A stretch of DNA of 64,000 nucleotides, taken from the NCBI GenBank assembly GCA_964016885.1, contig OZ024756.1, positions 31,000,001 to 31,064,000 on the forward strand, given 5' to 3'. Shown here piece by piece: positions 26,126-40,257 of this stretch (position 1 is the stretch's first letter; every line of letters begins with the position of its first letter). Under the pieces are notes generated by a model. The model saw only the letters and a list, made by a program, of their open reading frames with translations. It was not told where the DNA came from and did not search any database. The stretch comes from Eledone cirrhosa (taxonomy: Eukaryota). A program made the position numbers and the translations under genes.

Positions 26126-27030
26126 GAGGACACTATGCCTTCACTAGTATACTATGCCTTTACCAGGTTACTATGCACTGACTATTTCCCTGTAATGTAA
26201 CAGGGTAAACTTCTCGGCAACAGGAGCACAATTGATTATGAAAGACGGAGTGTGCAGATAACAATTGTGTCAGTTAATGCCATCATAGAACAGGAGGAGG
26301 CGGAGGGGGGATGTGGTTGTGGTGATGGTGGAGTTGGAAGTGGTGATGTTGATGATGATCATGATGACAATGATGACGACGATGACGACGACGATTACAA
26401 CGATGATTGCTGACGATAAACAATGACGATGATAGCGACGATGGGGATGATTTTGATGATGGTGATGGTGGTGATGGTGGTGGTGGTGGTGGTGATGATG
26501 ATGATGTTGATGATGATGATGATGATGATGATGATAATGATGATTTCGACCCCTCTCTTGCTTGTTGAGACAAAGAAATAAATCATGATTACATAAGAGG
26601 AAAATCAGTAATCGATATATATATATATGTAAGAAAATCGATAATTCTTTCAGTAAGCATTCCAAACCCACTCTGTTTTCTTTCGTTGTATTGTTCTTAA
26701 AACAGGCAAGAATGTAATACGTCATATATACATGCCTCAGAAATACAGGAATATGGTGCCACATCAAACAGAAACCAATATTTTGATTTTATACATGCAC
26801 TCTTTTGTTTTGTTTACTGATTTCCGTCACTAGACTGCAGCCATTTTGCAATCATATCGAGTATATATTTTTTGCTGAAACGCTTGCTCACGCGATATAA
26901 ACAGTGACACAAACAAAAATGTATACATGGGCACAGGTACACGCACACACACACATACATATACGTATATACTGTTCCAATAGTGTTGTTATTTCTGTTT
27001 ACCTTTTACACACATATATATATATATATG

Positions 27031-27098
27031 CCTTGTCTGACGAACGAATGTGGAAGTTTCTTGTATTCGTCTTATTCGGGAAACCTCTGGTAATGAGG
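27031..27098 (+). ncRNA. Type I hammerhead ribozyme, canonical core
   Basis: ccttgt-CTGACGA-acgaat..attcgg-GAA-ACC tct GGT-A-atgagg; GUA triplet at 27090-27092; between TA runs. Confidence 0.75.
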
Positions 27099-27124
27099 TA
27101 ATTATATTGTATTGTTTATTATAC

Positions 27125-27193
<69 letters not shown>

Positions 27194-27327
27194 ATACTTG
27201 GGGAAGGTCATATTGTTATAATATTGCCAGAAATAAAAAACAGAACACACTCACTGTTTGGTTTGGGTTGGTTTTCGCTACTGTATCTTTTATGTCACTT
27301 CAGTTAATTTATCTGGTAATCAATATT

Positions 27328-27373
<46 letters not shown>

Positions 27374-27404
27374 CTTTTCCATATATATACATATATATAT
27401 ATAT

Positions 27405-27793
27405 ATAGTAATAATAATAAAATTGAAGACTAAAATCCAAAGAGGGCTCGATAAGGATAAATATATATCAAATATATAAGAACCGTAGAGCAACGCTCCA
27501 CATATGACTTATTATCTTCGTTTTTTCGTTCATTGCCAGAGAACGTCTCTATGCACCACCTAAGAGAACATTAGTCTACGACCTCTTTTATACCTAAACG
27601 TCTTTGCGCGTAATTGTTTTTCTCCGCTCCTATTAATGACGTATTATTCGTTTTTTCCCGTTCTTTGCCAGCGAACGCTACCACGAACCAAAGTATCGTC
27701 TTCCTCCGGTTGCAACGTTTTTTGAAATATCCAGTTCTGCGTTTACAGATTGAATTTGTTAGTTTCAGAAGATCCCGTTAATCTGTTATTTTA

Positions 27794-27800
<7 letters not shown>
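27405..27800. mobile_element. PLE-like family B copy (inverted tail plus body, HHR partly deleted)
   Basis: 27405-27493 is the reverse complement of about 41129-41218; 27600-27800 matches 40885-41128. Confidence 0.8.
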
Positions 27801-27849
<49 letters not shown>

Positions 27850-27851
<2 letters not shown>

Positions 27852-27995
27852 AGAAGATTCAGGATCTCGACGGCTGAGCTCCCGCCCTTTCGACAGCTAC
27901 ATCTAAACTGTTCGGATCTAACGATCTAACAGTCGGAACGGCCGGAGCTCAGCCGTCGGGGTCCTGAATCTCTTCATATCACCCACTCAACTGCC
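27850..27995. mobile_element. PLE-like family A inverted remnant
   Basis: gattcagga..cgacggctgagctcc inverted as ggagctcagccgtcgggg..tcctgaatc. Confidence 0.7.
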
Positions 27996-28290
27996 CCAAT
28001 TTATATAATCAATGTTAAATACGGTGGTAAGAAATAAATAATCCGATAGCTCAGTTAATAGAGCTTAGGACTGTAATTTGTTATATGTAGTTGGTATCTT
28101 TAGGTCAATAGTCCGAATCCATCTAGCTGGATTATTATAAAGAAATAGGTAGAGGTAGAGAGAGATGAATAGATAGATAAATAGTGATAGATACGAGTAC
28201 ATATAACGGTACTCCTGCTATATCAAGTTTTAACCTAATATATCCCTTCTATATACTGTACCGATTGTGTTGTTGCTTCTGTTTACCTTT

Positions 28291-28324
<34 letters not shown>

Positions 28325-28328
<4 letters not shown>

Positions 28329-28725
28329 AAAATGTATGACCCCGACGGCAGAGCTCAAGAAATATCCGTTGAAACGGCTTGAGCTCTGTCGTCGGGGGTC
28401 ATACTTTTTCCTATTTCCCACTCTACTACCTTAAGTATTGAGTACTCTGGTGTGTTATGGTCCATCTGGTTCCTTAACACATTTCCTTTATTATATATAT
28501 ATATATATATAGTAATAATAATAAATTTGAAGACTAAAATCGAAAGAGGGCTCGATAACGATAAATATATATCAGATATATGAGAACCGTAGAGCAAATA
28601 TTTATTAAAATAACACATTAAAGTTTAAGTAAAGAATCGGTGCTTTCACCCTTAAGGGGAAGATCCCGTTAAGGGTGAAAGCAGTGATTCTTTGCTTAAA
28701 CTTTAATCTGTTATTTTAATAAATA
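28325..28725. mobile_element. Adjacent PLE-like family A (28325-28492) and family B (28510-28725) inverted remnants
   Basis: Matches to 5740-6125 and 40805-41218; separated by TA runs. Confidence 0.75.
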
Positions 28726-28736
28726 TATATATAAAT

Positions 28737-28775
<39 letters not shown>

Positions 28776-28993
28776 GAAAGGGACATATGGATATATAGAA
28801 AGAAGGGGATATATATAGAAGAAGAATTTTTTACTAAAATGTCACGGGGGGGTGGGGTTATAAGATAGCGACCATCACACTCCACTTAATATCTAACTTA
28901 CTACTTAGAATATATTAGGTATTAGGGCAATAAATGTGTGTGTGAATATACATATTAATGTGTATAGTTATAAGAATAGATAATGTATACGTG

Positions 28994-29024
<31 letters not shown>

Positions 29025-29273
29025 ATGTATGTATGTATAAATATATGTATATGTATACTAATGGTATATATGTGTGTCTTTTATTGCAGATCAGTACGGG
29101 TACCTTTTGTTAAAGACACGTCAATATATTTTATTAGATATCATAAAATATTTGTATTAAAGATCGTCATCCGATAAATAACGTTGTAACTAATTTATCA
29201 CTTTTATATGGCTCATAGAACCCTTTGTTATTACATGACACTAGAGAGCACACTTCTGTTAGTTAACTATCTA

Positions 29274-29340
<67 letters not shown>

Positions 29341-29461
29341 CTCTACTTTATCACATAAATTTATGCACCCTCCTATAGGGTATTTATATATATATATATA
29401 TATTCATATATATATATATATATGCATATACATATGTATATATATATGTATATATATGTAT

Positions 29462-29495
<34 letters not shown>

Positions 29496-29553
29496 ATATA
29501 TATATATACATATGCATATATATATGTATATATATATGTGTATATGTACATAC

Positions 29554-29650
<97 letters not shown>

Positions 29651-29734
29651 TAGATAGATATATATATATATATAATGAAAAACAAGAGGAGAAGAATACT
29701 GCATGGTTGCACATGGATTACATATTATAAAATT

Positions 29735-29838
29735 AGTCCCTCATCAGTGATTTGCCAACCATCATAGGTATTTCATCGCATTAAAAATCATATACCTCGG
29801 GTTGGTGCGAGCAATAACTAAAAAAAGCTATTGGGACA
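29735..29838 (-). ncRNA. Putative non-circularly permuted hammerhead-like RNA, copy 2
   Basis: Minus strand gtcc caatagc..gttattg c tcgca ccaacc cg aggtat-A-tgattt ttaa tgcga t-GAA-atacct atgat ggttgg c aaatca-CTGATGA-gggac. Confidence 0.65.
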
Positions 29839-29896
29839 AGTGAAACGCGTAAAGCGAGTGAGACAAGTAAACAACATAGAATGATAAAAGCAAACC

Positions 29897-29934
<38 letters not shown>

Positions 29935-29938
<4 letters not shown>

Positions 29939-30218
29939 ATAATGGTAGCTATAGTTCTTCCATAGGCGGTATACCAAAATTCGCACTCGATATTCATTCA
30001 GAGCAGAGTGTGGATAGTATAAACAAACTAAAAATCAGTGAAAACCTTGTGAGAAAATTTGCTCCGAACGAACTACCCGTGTCCGAAGGAACCTGCAGCC
30101 GTAGAATCAGCCAGATCCATACAGTGATCATGTCTCGAGCTACCCGCTGGCGAAACAATTGTAACACGCAATAAACTGAGTCCAGATGCATCACTGATTT
30201 TTCGTTTGTTTATACTAT
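29935..30218. mobile_element. PLE-like family D with HHR-like motif (30078-30168)
   Basis: cgtgt-CCGAAGG..-GAA-ACAATTGT-A-acacg; inverted tail at left; homologous to 43535-43830. Confidence 0.72.
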
Positions 30219-30339
30219 ATATAGATATGTTTCTTTATTTTTTTTATACTATATATAGATAGATAGATAGATAGATAGATATAGATAGATGGATAGATAT
30301 AGATAGATAGATGGATAGATATAGATGTAGATATATATT

Positions 30340-30389
<50 letters not shown>

Positions 30390-30647
30390 TATATATATAT
30401 ATTTATATAAGTAAGATGTATGGTAGGTCGTATATTGAATCGCGATGATCACGCCTTACCTACCAAATATGTGACGGTAGGTCAGACGTGGTCGGACGAA
30501 ACGGCTGTCGGCAATAAACTTGTTATAATGTCATAATAGTTCCTTTGTTCTTTTCCACTAATATATTTATATATATATATATATATTGGCCTTCAAAATG
30601 TTTATTATAAACATACAGAATATTTTCGAATATTCTATGTTTGTCTT

Positions 30648-31151
<504 letters not shown>

Positions 31152-31164
31152 TTAGATTAGATTA

Positions 31165-31335
31165 GATTGGCAGTATCGGTCGAGAGTCGGACGCCATGCT
31201 TTCTAGCATAGTTACGTCCGTTTACAGTCTGAGTTCAAATCCCGCCGAGGTTAACTTTGCCTTTCATCCTTACGGGGTCGATAAAATAAAGTACCAGTAA
31301 TGTACTGGGTAATTGCTGGCCTTGTCCCTAAAGTA
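31165..31335 (+). mobile_element. SINE family 1
   Basis: Close match to 3178-3368. Confidence 0.9.
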
Positions 31336-31467
31336 TATTATATATTGCCACCTTGAGATCATTATAGGGTGAACCTCGATACGCGAGAATGGAGTTCGTC
31401 TTAAATAAAACATATACTTGACATCATATATTTCAACAAGTCCTATATATATATATATATATATACA

Positions 31468-31497
<30 letters not shown>

Positions 31498-31504
<7 letters not shown>

Positions 31505-31865
31505 ATACTTTGGGAGGGTCATGTTGCCAATAAGAAACACACGCACCAGTTGCTTTCACTTCAATTTATTATATATTTATAAATTTACAAATTTATAAAT
31601 TTATAAATTTCTGGTTGGTTAGTTCGTTCTTATTGGCAACATGACCCTCCCAAAGTATAACAATATCGGTTTCAACACTCGATTTCAGATAAAGAATCTT
31701 GCTAAACAAATTCAGAAACGAAATATATATATATAGTAATAATAATAATATATATATTTACTTCTGCATTCCATTCACAGATTGACTTTTATAGTTTCAG
31801 AAGACCCGTTAAGGGTGAAAGCAGCGATTCTTTGCTTAAACTTTAATCTGTAATTTTAATAAATA
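31498..31865. mobile_element. Inverted-repeat remnant (31498-31665, related to 27188-27330) and family B short copy (31735-31865)
   Basis: tattgttatactttgggagggtcatgttgccaataagaa inverted at about 31627-31664; gtttcagaagacccgttaagggtgaaagc. Confidence 0.7.
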
Positions 31866-31868
31866 TAT

Positions 31869-31934
<66 letters not shown>

Positions 31935-32070
31935 CAAAGGAAATATCAAAGCCAATGACACAATACAGTGAAGAAATATATTATTAGTTTAACGCTTGAA
32001 ATATTAGGAAAATATTGTCTTAACCTTTCGGAGACGAGTCCTTCATCAGAAGATAAAATGAGAAATGAAA
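31935..32070 (-). mobile_element. PLE-like family C with HHR remnant (32018-32053)
   Basis: Minus strand tctt-CTGATGA-aggactcgtctcc-GAAAGGTT-aaga. Confidence 0.65.
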
Positions 32071-32464
32071 GGTTAATACAAAGATAAAGAGTATTCTGTT
32101 AGCTGAGGTACGAGAGATGTACCACTCAATACCAGTGTGATAGTATAATGATATGTTTAACTCGGGTTTCTGGAATATGTTTCTTTTCCATTCTTCGGAG
32201 ACTCTTCATATATTATCAAGTCCTGAACTATAGAAGATGCCCTCCATCCAGGACTACTGTCAACATATATATATATATATTGGTTGGGGTGTTAGTGTGT
32301 GTGTGTGTGTGGTTCCGCCTCCATTCACTATGTTTTTGAAACCAGTAGAAGAGTGAATATGTATATATGTATATATATATATATATGCATATTCACTTAT
32401 ATATATTGTATTTATAAGTTTAGATAGATATATATATTGCTTATATACATGCATACACAAACAC

Positions 32465-32551
<87 letters not shown>

Positions 32552-34505
32552 AGAACGAAGTTTTGCTGTAAAATGCTTATATTGCATAAACAACAAAATT
32601 ACTGAACAGCCTACAATACATGTACCTCTATACATATATATGTATGTATATATATATGTGTGTGTATATGCGTGCGTGTGCGTGCGTTTGTGTGTGTATG
32701 AGTTTGAGAGAATGTGGCTATGGTTGCGCTGAAGGATTTGTGTGGATGCATATGTGTGTATGTGTGTGATGTGTATGTTTATTTATATTATAATAAAATT
32801 ATATTATAGTATATATTCTATACTATTTACGTGTATGTTGTGTACCCAGGCTTATTGTTGCTTATTGTGTTCCAGTTTGCAGAAGCCTTTTGTTAAGTTA
32901 CTGATATAAAAATGAGATAAAATCGAGGGAATTATCAAGTTGCTTTCTCTGCGGCAAAACACGATAACGCATTTATTATACATTGAAATAGAATCTAATA
33001 AAACCTTTTAAGAATAATGATACCTTTGATCCTTATATATATTTATTTGTTCATTCACAAACGTGGGTTTCAACTCCCGTTGTTTTATAGAAAGAAAAGT
33101 GAAAACAATAAGTTAAATAAAAACAACAAATAAATCATTTTTTTTTTTTTTTTAGCAAATACTCTGTGAATGGGTGTTACGAAACGATATTAATTCTTCG
33201 CAAATGTTTTTTTCTTAATTGCATTATCAACGTCAAGGGTTTGTTTTTAAAGAAAAAAAAATCTTCAGATCTTCAACGTTTAAGCTTTGAATCCATTTAT
33301 TATTAAAACTGGTAACTAATTGAAACGAGGATCACAATGTTTGCTAACCTTACATAGTTTTAATCTGCCATGAACCACCACTTTGTACAAATTAATTTCA
33401 TTTTGGTCGCACAATATGTTCAACTTTACAGAGATGTGGGATTTCTCCCGTGAAAAGCTCTTGCTAAAATAGATTATTTTCGATATCAAATAACTAAAAT
33501 CACGTCTGTAAATCTGTAATACCATTTACTATGTACTTCAAAAGTTTAATCACCATTGTCTTCAAGATAATCGAATTTTTTCCTTGTTTGATATTGGTGC
33601 AGACATGATTGTGGGGTTAAAATGTTCAGTTCGCAGACATATACTTGTGGTCACCGTCATTAATTCGAGGTCACCAAATACATTAGCAACCTAGTACTGC
33701 GGTTGATTCTTGCTCTATTTCACTTTTACACTTTCTCTCGCTTTCTTCTTCTCAGCAAGAAATCGGTTGTGTTTCGAACTGAAAAGCAATGGGCTCTGTA
33801 CGATTTAAAACACCCAAGACACACTTGTGTGTCAAGACGTTGCTCTTACGACTCCATCAGGAGTTAAGTCTTCTTTCTTTAATTTTTCCTTTCTGCCTAT
33901 CGATTCTGCATGGCAGTCTATTTTCAATTCAACGACTAGCACTTCAATACAACAATGACAGCTGCGATTCCTCTATATTAATCTGGGGTTCCTACTTTTT
34001 CAGAGCTAATAAATTAGAGAGCAAAACCATCACAAAGACAGCTGCAGAGAGCAAGAAAACAATGTAGTGATACTGGTATTTTTTCTTACTTTATTTTCTT
34101 TCATCACACCCATTGTTTCTTATTCCTGTAAGGCTGTGAAGTTCCACAGTTCTATCGCCATTTTCTTCTTCCTCATATGGACAAGTCAGTTGCGTTTGTA
34201 CGAACCATAATACAATCAAAAATAGCAATCGTTTTCCCCCTTTTTATTTCTTTTCATTTCGTTCTACGTTGTACTACACATTGGTCAATTCTTACTCAGT
34301 TCCAGGAGCAAATCTTTTATTTTTGTTTTTCTGTTTCTTGATTTACTTGTTTTTGTTTTGTTTTTGTTGTTTTTTGCTTGTTTGTCTGTTTTTGTCTGTT
34401 GTTGTTTTTTTGTTTTTTTGTTTTTTTTTTGTTTTTTTTTAAGTTCCTTGCTAAACACTTCTCCATATCTGGAAAAAAGATGGATGATATGTCACGGTTA
34501 CTCAC

Positions 34506-34535
34506 GAGCTTCCGTACAGAGCAACGTGTTCACTT
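34506..34535 (-). CDS. Candidate 27/30-nt microexon
   Basis: Minus strand long CT tract, GAG/AAG tandem acceptor, frame SEHVALYGS, consensus donor gtgagt. Confidence 0.22.
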
Positions 34536-34608
34536 CTCAGAAAGAGAGATGCAGAGAGAGAGAAAGTGAGTGAGACAGAGAGAGAGAGATAGTGTGAGAG
34601 TGAAACAC

Positions 34609-34661
<53 letters not shown>

Positions 34662-34754
34662 GAGAGAGGTACAGACAGTGAGACAAACGAACAGATATTC
34701 ATATTCAGATAAGTTGAGAAAATGGCGGATGGAAAGGCAGCGAAATTTCCCCAA

Positions 34755-35046
34755 AGTATTACCACAGATACTCGAGTGATACTTTATTTATCGACTCTAG
34801 AAATATAACAAGCAATGTAGACCTTGGTGGAATTTGAACTCAGATCGCAGAGGACTGGAACAAGTAATAATTGTTTCTACATTTGGCACCAGGCCAGCAA
34901 TTACCCCAGTGCATTACTGGTACTTTATTTTATCGACCCCGTAAGGATGAAAGGCAAAGTTAACCTCGGCAGGATTTGAACTCAGATCGTAAAGGTAATC
35001 GTGTGCTGCAAAGCATGGCATCTGACGCTCTACCGATACTGCCAAC
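34755..35046 (-). mobile_element. Two tandem SINE family 1 copies (one degenerate)
   Basis: Antisense matches at about 34755-34865 and 34868-35046. Confidence 0.85.
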
Positions 35047-35160
35047 AATAATAATATGCATAGTGTCTGACAATTCAGTGCTGAACATTCGTCTAAAAGA
35101 AATATGGCTTTGTTGCCTCATCTCTTTCTTTCTTTCTATCTATCTATCTATCTATCTATC

Positions 35161-35271
35161 GACAACTTTTAAATTCCATCTGTGATAACATTTTACACGT
35201 TTTTATTGTATGTAAACTTCCCCCTTTGTATTTGTCCCCTTCTTTTGTGCCCCTGTGGCTAATAAAGAAAT
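35161..35271 (+). mobile_element. L1/Tx1-like LINE extreme 3' end within (TATC)n
   Basis: Nearly the exact reverse complement of 47722-47833; (TATC)n on both sides. Confidence 0.85.
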
Positions 35272-35272
35272 A

Positions 35273-35310
<38 letters not shown>

Positions 35311-35601
35311 GAAATCTATCTATCTATCTATATCGCTATGTCTCTCACTCTCTCTCTCTGCCCTTCACTTTCCCTTTCTCTTTCTCCTTCTCTTTCAATC
35401 TGTTTCTTTCTCTCCTTGTCTCTCTTTTCTCGCTCTGTCTTTCAGTCTCTCGCTCTTTCTCTATTTTCCTTCTTCTCTCTTTCTTTCCCACGATATACCC
35501 CGAACTGACGTTTCCAAACACTCTAACTTCTTCAATGACAAAAATCAATTATTTTACTAAAACACCTTTAATTGTCAGTTATATTGAAGAAAACACACAC
35601 A

Positions 35602-35681
<80 letters not shown>

Positions 35682-36224
35682 TTGAAAGACATGATAGACA
35701 ATGCATTTGTATACTTCTAGTTATGCAGCCATAGAATAGTTAACACAATCTAGTGAAGATATAGTTTCGTTACATTTCACACCATTTATGCTTCTAAAAT
35801 AACAAAGTTAGTTATTTTTACTAAATCACCTCTGATTGTCAATTATTTCCCAAACTAAAAGAAAGAAACAGCTAGAAAAAGAAACGAAACACATCGTATT
35901 TAATTAAAAGTATTGTCATGAAAAGCTTAATAAAATGTAGTTTAGATAGGATTATATTAACTTTTACAATATTTAGGCGACTATAATAAGAAAGTTAGTT
36001 ATTTTTTACTAATTCACCCCTAATTCTTCATTATTTTTGAAACTGAAAGACAAACCCATTGTATGTCTTAACAATACAGTAATGAATTCGTTAATAAAGA
36101 CTATAGGATGTTTTAATACCTGTTTACTACGTGATACGTTAAATACCTTATTTCTCTTTCTAATGATCTTATGTATAATTGGATGTAATAACAACTAGTG
36201 TATTCTTTCATTCTCACCCTCAAC

Positions 36225-36233
36225 CTCTCTCTC

Positions 36234-36283
<50 letters not shown>

Positions 36284-36667
36284 TCTATCTCTATCTCTTT
36301 CTTTATTTATTTCAATCTCTATCTCTCTCTCTCTCGCTCTCTCGCTCTCTCTCTCTCTCTATTTCTCTCTCTTTATCTTTCTCGCTCTTTCTCTCTCTCT
36401 CCCTGCCTATCTCTCTCTATATCTCTCTCTATATATATCGTGTTCTCTCTATGTCTATCTATCTCTCTCTCTCTAACTATCTCTCTATTTCTATCTCTCT
36501 CTCTCTCTCCTTTCTCAATGCATTCTCTCTACTCACTCTCTCTCTCTCTCTCTCTCATTTATCGCTCCTTTCTCTTTATCTCCCTCTCCGCTATCTCTCT
36601 CCCCCTATCTCTCTCCTTTCCCTCTCTCTATCTCTCTTTCTTCTTTCTCATTTCATCCTCGCTACTT

Positions 36668-36704
<37 letters not shown>

Positions 36705-36804
36705 CTCTGTCATTTCCCCCTCTCTACTGCCCTCTACTTTCTCTCTCTCCTTTCTCTTTTATTTCTGTTCTGTCATTTATCACTCCTTATTCGATCTCTA
36801 TCTC

Positions 36805-36848
<44 letters not shown>
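36225..36848. repeat. (TC)n-rich low-complexity tract
   Basis: Direct inspection. Confidence 0.9.
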
Positions 36849-36852
<4 letters not shown>

Positions 36853-37105
36853 ACTCTTCTTTATCGCTGAAATTATATCTGTTGTTGTGGTTGTTCTTGT
36901 TGTTGATGTGCGTGTCTTTGAACGTGTATGCGTGTGTGTATTCGTGTGTATGTGTGTGTATGTGTGCGTGTGCGTACAGGTTACAGGTGTGTATGTGTGT
37001 GTGTATGTTTGAATGCATGTATGTGTGTTTGAATCCATATATGTATGTTTGAATGTGTGTGTGTGTGTGGCTATGTTTTGATATATGCGCGTGTATTTTT
37101 ATTGT

Positions 37106-37703
37106 GTGTTATACGTGTATGTGTTATACGTGTATATGTTATACGTGTATGTGTTATACGTGTATATGTTATACGTGTATATGTTATACGTGTATGTGTT
37201 ATACGTGTATATGTTATACGTGTATATGTTATACGTGTATGTGTTATACGTGTATGTGTTATACGTGTATATGTTATACGTGTATATGTTATACGTGTAT
37301 GCGTTATACGTGTATGTGTTATACGCGTATATGTTATACGTGTATATGTTATACGTGTATGCGTTATACGTGTATGTGTTATACGTGTATATGTTATACG
37401 TGTATGCGTTATACGTGTATGTGTTATACGTGTATGTGTTATACGTGTATATGTTATACGTGTATGCGTTATACGTGTATGTGTTATACGTGTATATGTT
37501 ATACGTGTATGCGTTATACGTGTATGTGTTATACGTGTATGTGTTATACGTGTATATGTTATACGTGTATGTGTTATACGTGTATATGTTATACGTGTAT
37601 ATGTTATACGTGTATGTGTTATACGTGTATATGTTATACGTGTATGCGTTATACGTGTATGTGTTATACGTGTATGCGTTATACGTGTATATTGTTATAC
37701 GTG
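37106..37703 (+). repeat. 15-bp tandem minisatellite, about 40 units
   Basis: Unit (gt/at/gc)gttatacgtgtat. Confidence 0.97.
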
Positions 37704-37906
37704 TAAGTTTATTGACATTTCTGAACTTTCGAAAATAAGTAACTAAATTTAAATTGTTTTCTCCAATACAATATAAAATATTCAATTGTTAAATTATGTA
37801 TATTTGTGACTATCAGGGCGAACTCTACAAAGACAGGTTTTTGTTTCACTCCGAAAATTGCTCTACGGAACTAATGTTACTTTCAAAGCCATACATTCAT
37901 ATTTAT

Positions 37907-38085
37907 AATTCTTTCTACTTTTGGCACAAGGCCAGCAAATTACCCAGTGCATTACTGGTACTTTATTTTATCGACCCCGTATGCATGAAAAGCAAAGTTA
38001 ACCTCGGGTGGATTTGAACTCAGAATGGCAAGAGCCGTAACTCTATGCGTCAAAGCATGGCGTCCGACCCTCTAGCGATACTGAT
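37907..38085 (-). mobile_element. SINE family 1
   Basis: Antisense match. Confidence 0.88.
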
Positions 38086-38101
38086 AATACTTTCAACATA
38101 C

Positions 38102-38190
38102 GTTCGGATGCATACAATGGATTCAAGCAAATTTGTCCTGCTGGCAGAGTTTGAACAAAAGAAATAAACTGTCGTGCTGCCGTGAATATT
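38102..38190 (-). CDS. Candidate 89-bp internal exon (product unknown)
   Basis: Minus strand acceptor ttttctgttttgttttacaattag, donor gtatgt; two open frames (IFTAARQFISFVQTLPAGQICLNPLYASE or NIHGSTTVYFFCSNSASRTNLLESIVCIR). Confidence 0.35.
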
Positions 38191-39465
38191 CTAATTGTAA
38201 AACAAAACAGAAAAATCCATCTATTGTTAAATAATATGATGCATATTGATTTTTTGTTTGCATACTTTGGCATATAATTCAATAAATGTATATGTGTGTA
38301 CACACATCGCGCACGCGCACACACCCACACATATCTATGTAAATATATATACATATATATGTGTGTGTATACACACACATAAATACATACATACATAGAT
38401 GGACATCTATCTATCTATCTCTTCCTCTCCCCCCTTCCTCTCTCTCTCTCTCGTTCTCTCCCTTTATATAGATAGATAGATAGATAGATAGATATATATA
38501 GAGAGAGAGGAAGAGAGACAGAGAGAGAGAGAGACATGCATACATGCATACATAAATACATATATACATACACATATAATAGATATATTCGTTGTTTGAC
38601 GTGAGCGCGTGCGCATGTGTGTATGTGTATGTGTAAGTGTGTAAGTATGTGTGCATGTGTGATTGTAAGTGTATTTGTACGTGTGTGTGAGTGTTAGTGT
38701 GTGTGTACGTGTGATTTATTGTACGTGCTTATGTTGCTGTTTGAATACGAATACAAGAATAAGTTTGTTCGTGTATGTAATATATGATATTTTATGTATA
38801 TTTATTAAATTATCGACCGTTTCTGCAAATTAGCCCTAATTAGCTAACTTCATGAAATATATAATTAGAGTGCTTTTGTAATGTTTTATTGCATACACAA
38901 GCGACATAATTTCCCGTTGACTTTAATTTCGTGTTCATAAATATTACGTAATTGTGTAATATTGTATATCCATACATCCATACACAAACCATATATATGG
39001 AAACACGTAAACGCATATGCACATATATGTTAAATTATATACAAAGATAACATGCATACCTGGTATGTAATTTATATGCATGTGTGTTTGCCCATAGCTA
39101 TGTGTATGCATGTATGTTTGTGTGTATGTTACTGTGTATGTTCGTGTGTATGTTTGTGTGTATGTTTGTGTGAATGTCTGTGGGTATGTTTGTGTGTATG
39201 CTAGTGTGTATGTTCGTGTGTATGTTTGTGTGTATGTTAGTGTGTATGTTAGTGTGTATGTTAGTATGTATGTTAGTATGTATGCTTGTACGGAAATTAC
39301 AAAATGCTTATTATCATGATATTCTGCTGCTTGGAGACGTGGAATAGCATATGTTGTGTCATCAACAGTGACATATGCATACAACAGTAATATATACAGA
39401 CACGCATGCTCACAAACACGCGCGTGCACACATACACACACACACGCACATATACATGAATATTC

Positions 39466-39496
<31 letters not shown>

Positions 39497-39757
39497 TATA
39501 TATACATACATATATATATATATACACATACATATATATATATATACACACATATATACATATATGTGTATATATATACACATACATATATATATACACA
39601 TATATATATATATATACACACATATATATATATATATATATACACAAACAAGCATACTAACACACGCACATACTCGCTCCATCATCCACTTTTCTAAAAA
39701 AAAAAAAATCATACACAAAACACCAGCACCAACAGTTTTGCAAGAGATGTCAACATA

Positions 39758-40165
39758 AATGGACCTGTTCTTTTTATCTTCAGACATTTTTTTCCAATTC
39801 CAACCCATCCGCCCCCTCAATCTATCTTATATCTCATTCTTTCTTCTGATGAAGGACTAGCGTCTCAAACGTTAACACCCTGTTGCTGCTATATCAAGCG
39901 TTAACCTAATATATCCCTTCCATATACTATACCGATTGTGTTGTTATGTCTGTTTATCTTTTACAAACATATATATATATATATATGTGTTTGTAAATTC
40001 AAGGAGAAAAGAAACGAACAAACACTTGGATACAATAACATGAAGTGTATTAGTTTCACGCTTGCATGAAGAAGTATATATATTTATATTATATAAATAT
40101 ATATACTTCTTCCGGCAAGCGTGAAACTAATACACTTCATGTTATTGTATCCAAGTGTTTGTTAT
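39758..40165. mobile_element. PLE-like family C copy (HHR remnant 39842-39877) and a related inverted-repeat fragment (40017-40163)
   Basis: tctt-CTGATGA-aggac tagc gtct-CAAACGTT; aacaaacacttggatac..cacgcttgc inverted downstream. Confidence 0.72.
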
Positions 40166-40257
40166 ATAAGATTATATATACGATATATATATACGATTCT
40201 TTAGTGAAACAAATTGTTTAATTTCTGTACATTGTCTTTCTATTATTTATTAGCTTC

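Noticed and set aside
30440-30515. GAAACGGCTGTC hammerhead 3' half with an upstream hairpin
   Set aside because: No acceptable NUGANNA core adjacent to the candidate stem II
37045-37785. Cys-rich CYTC repeat protein, or CRISPR-like array
   Set aside because: Pure 15-bp tandem repeat with no spacers and no cas genes; open in four frames
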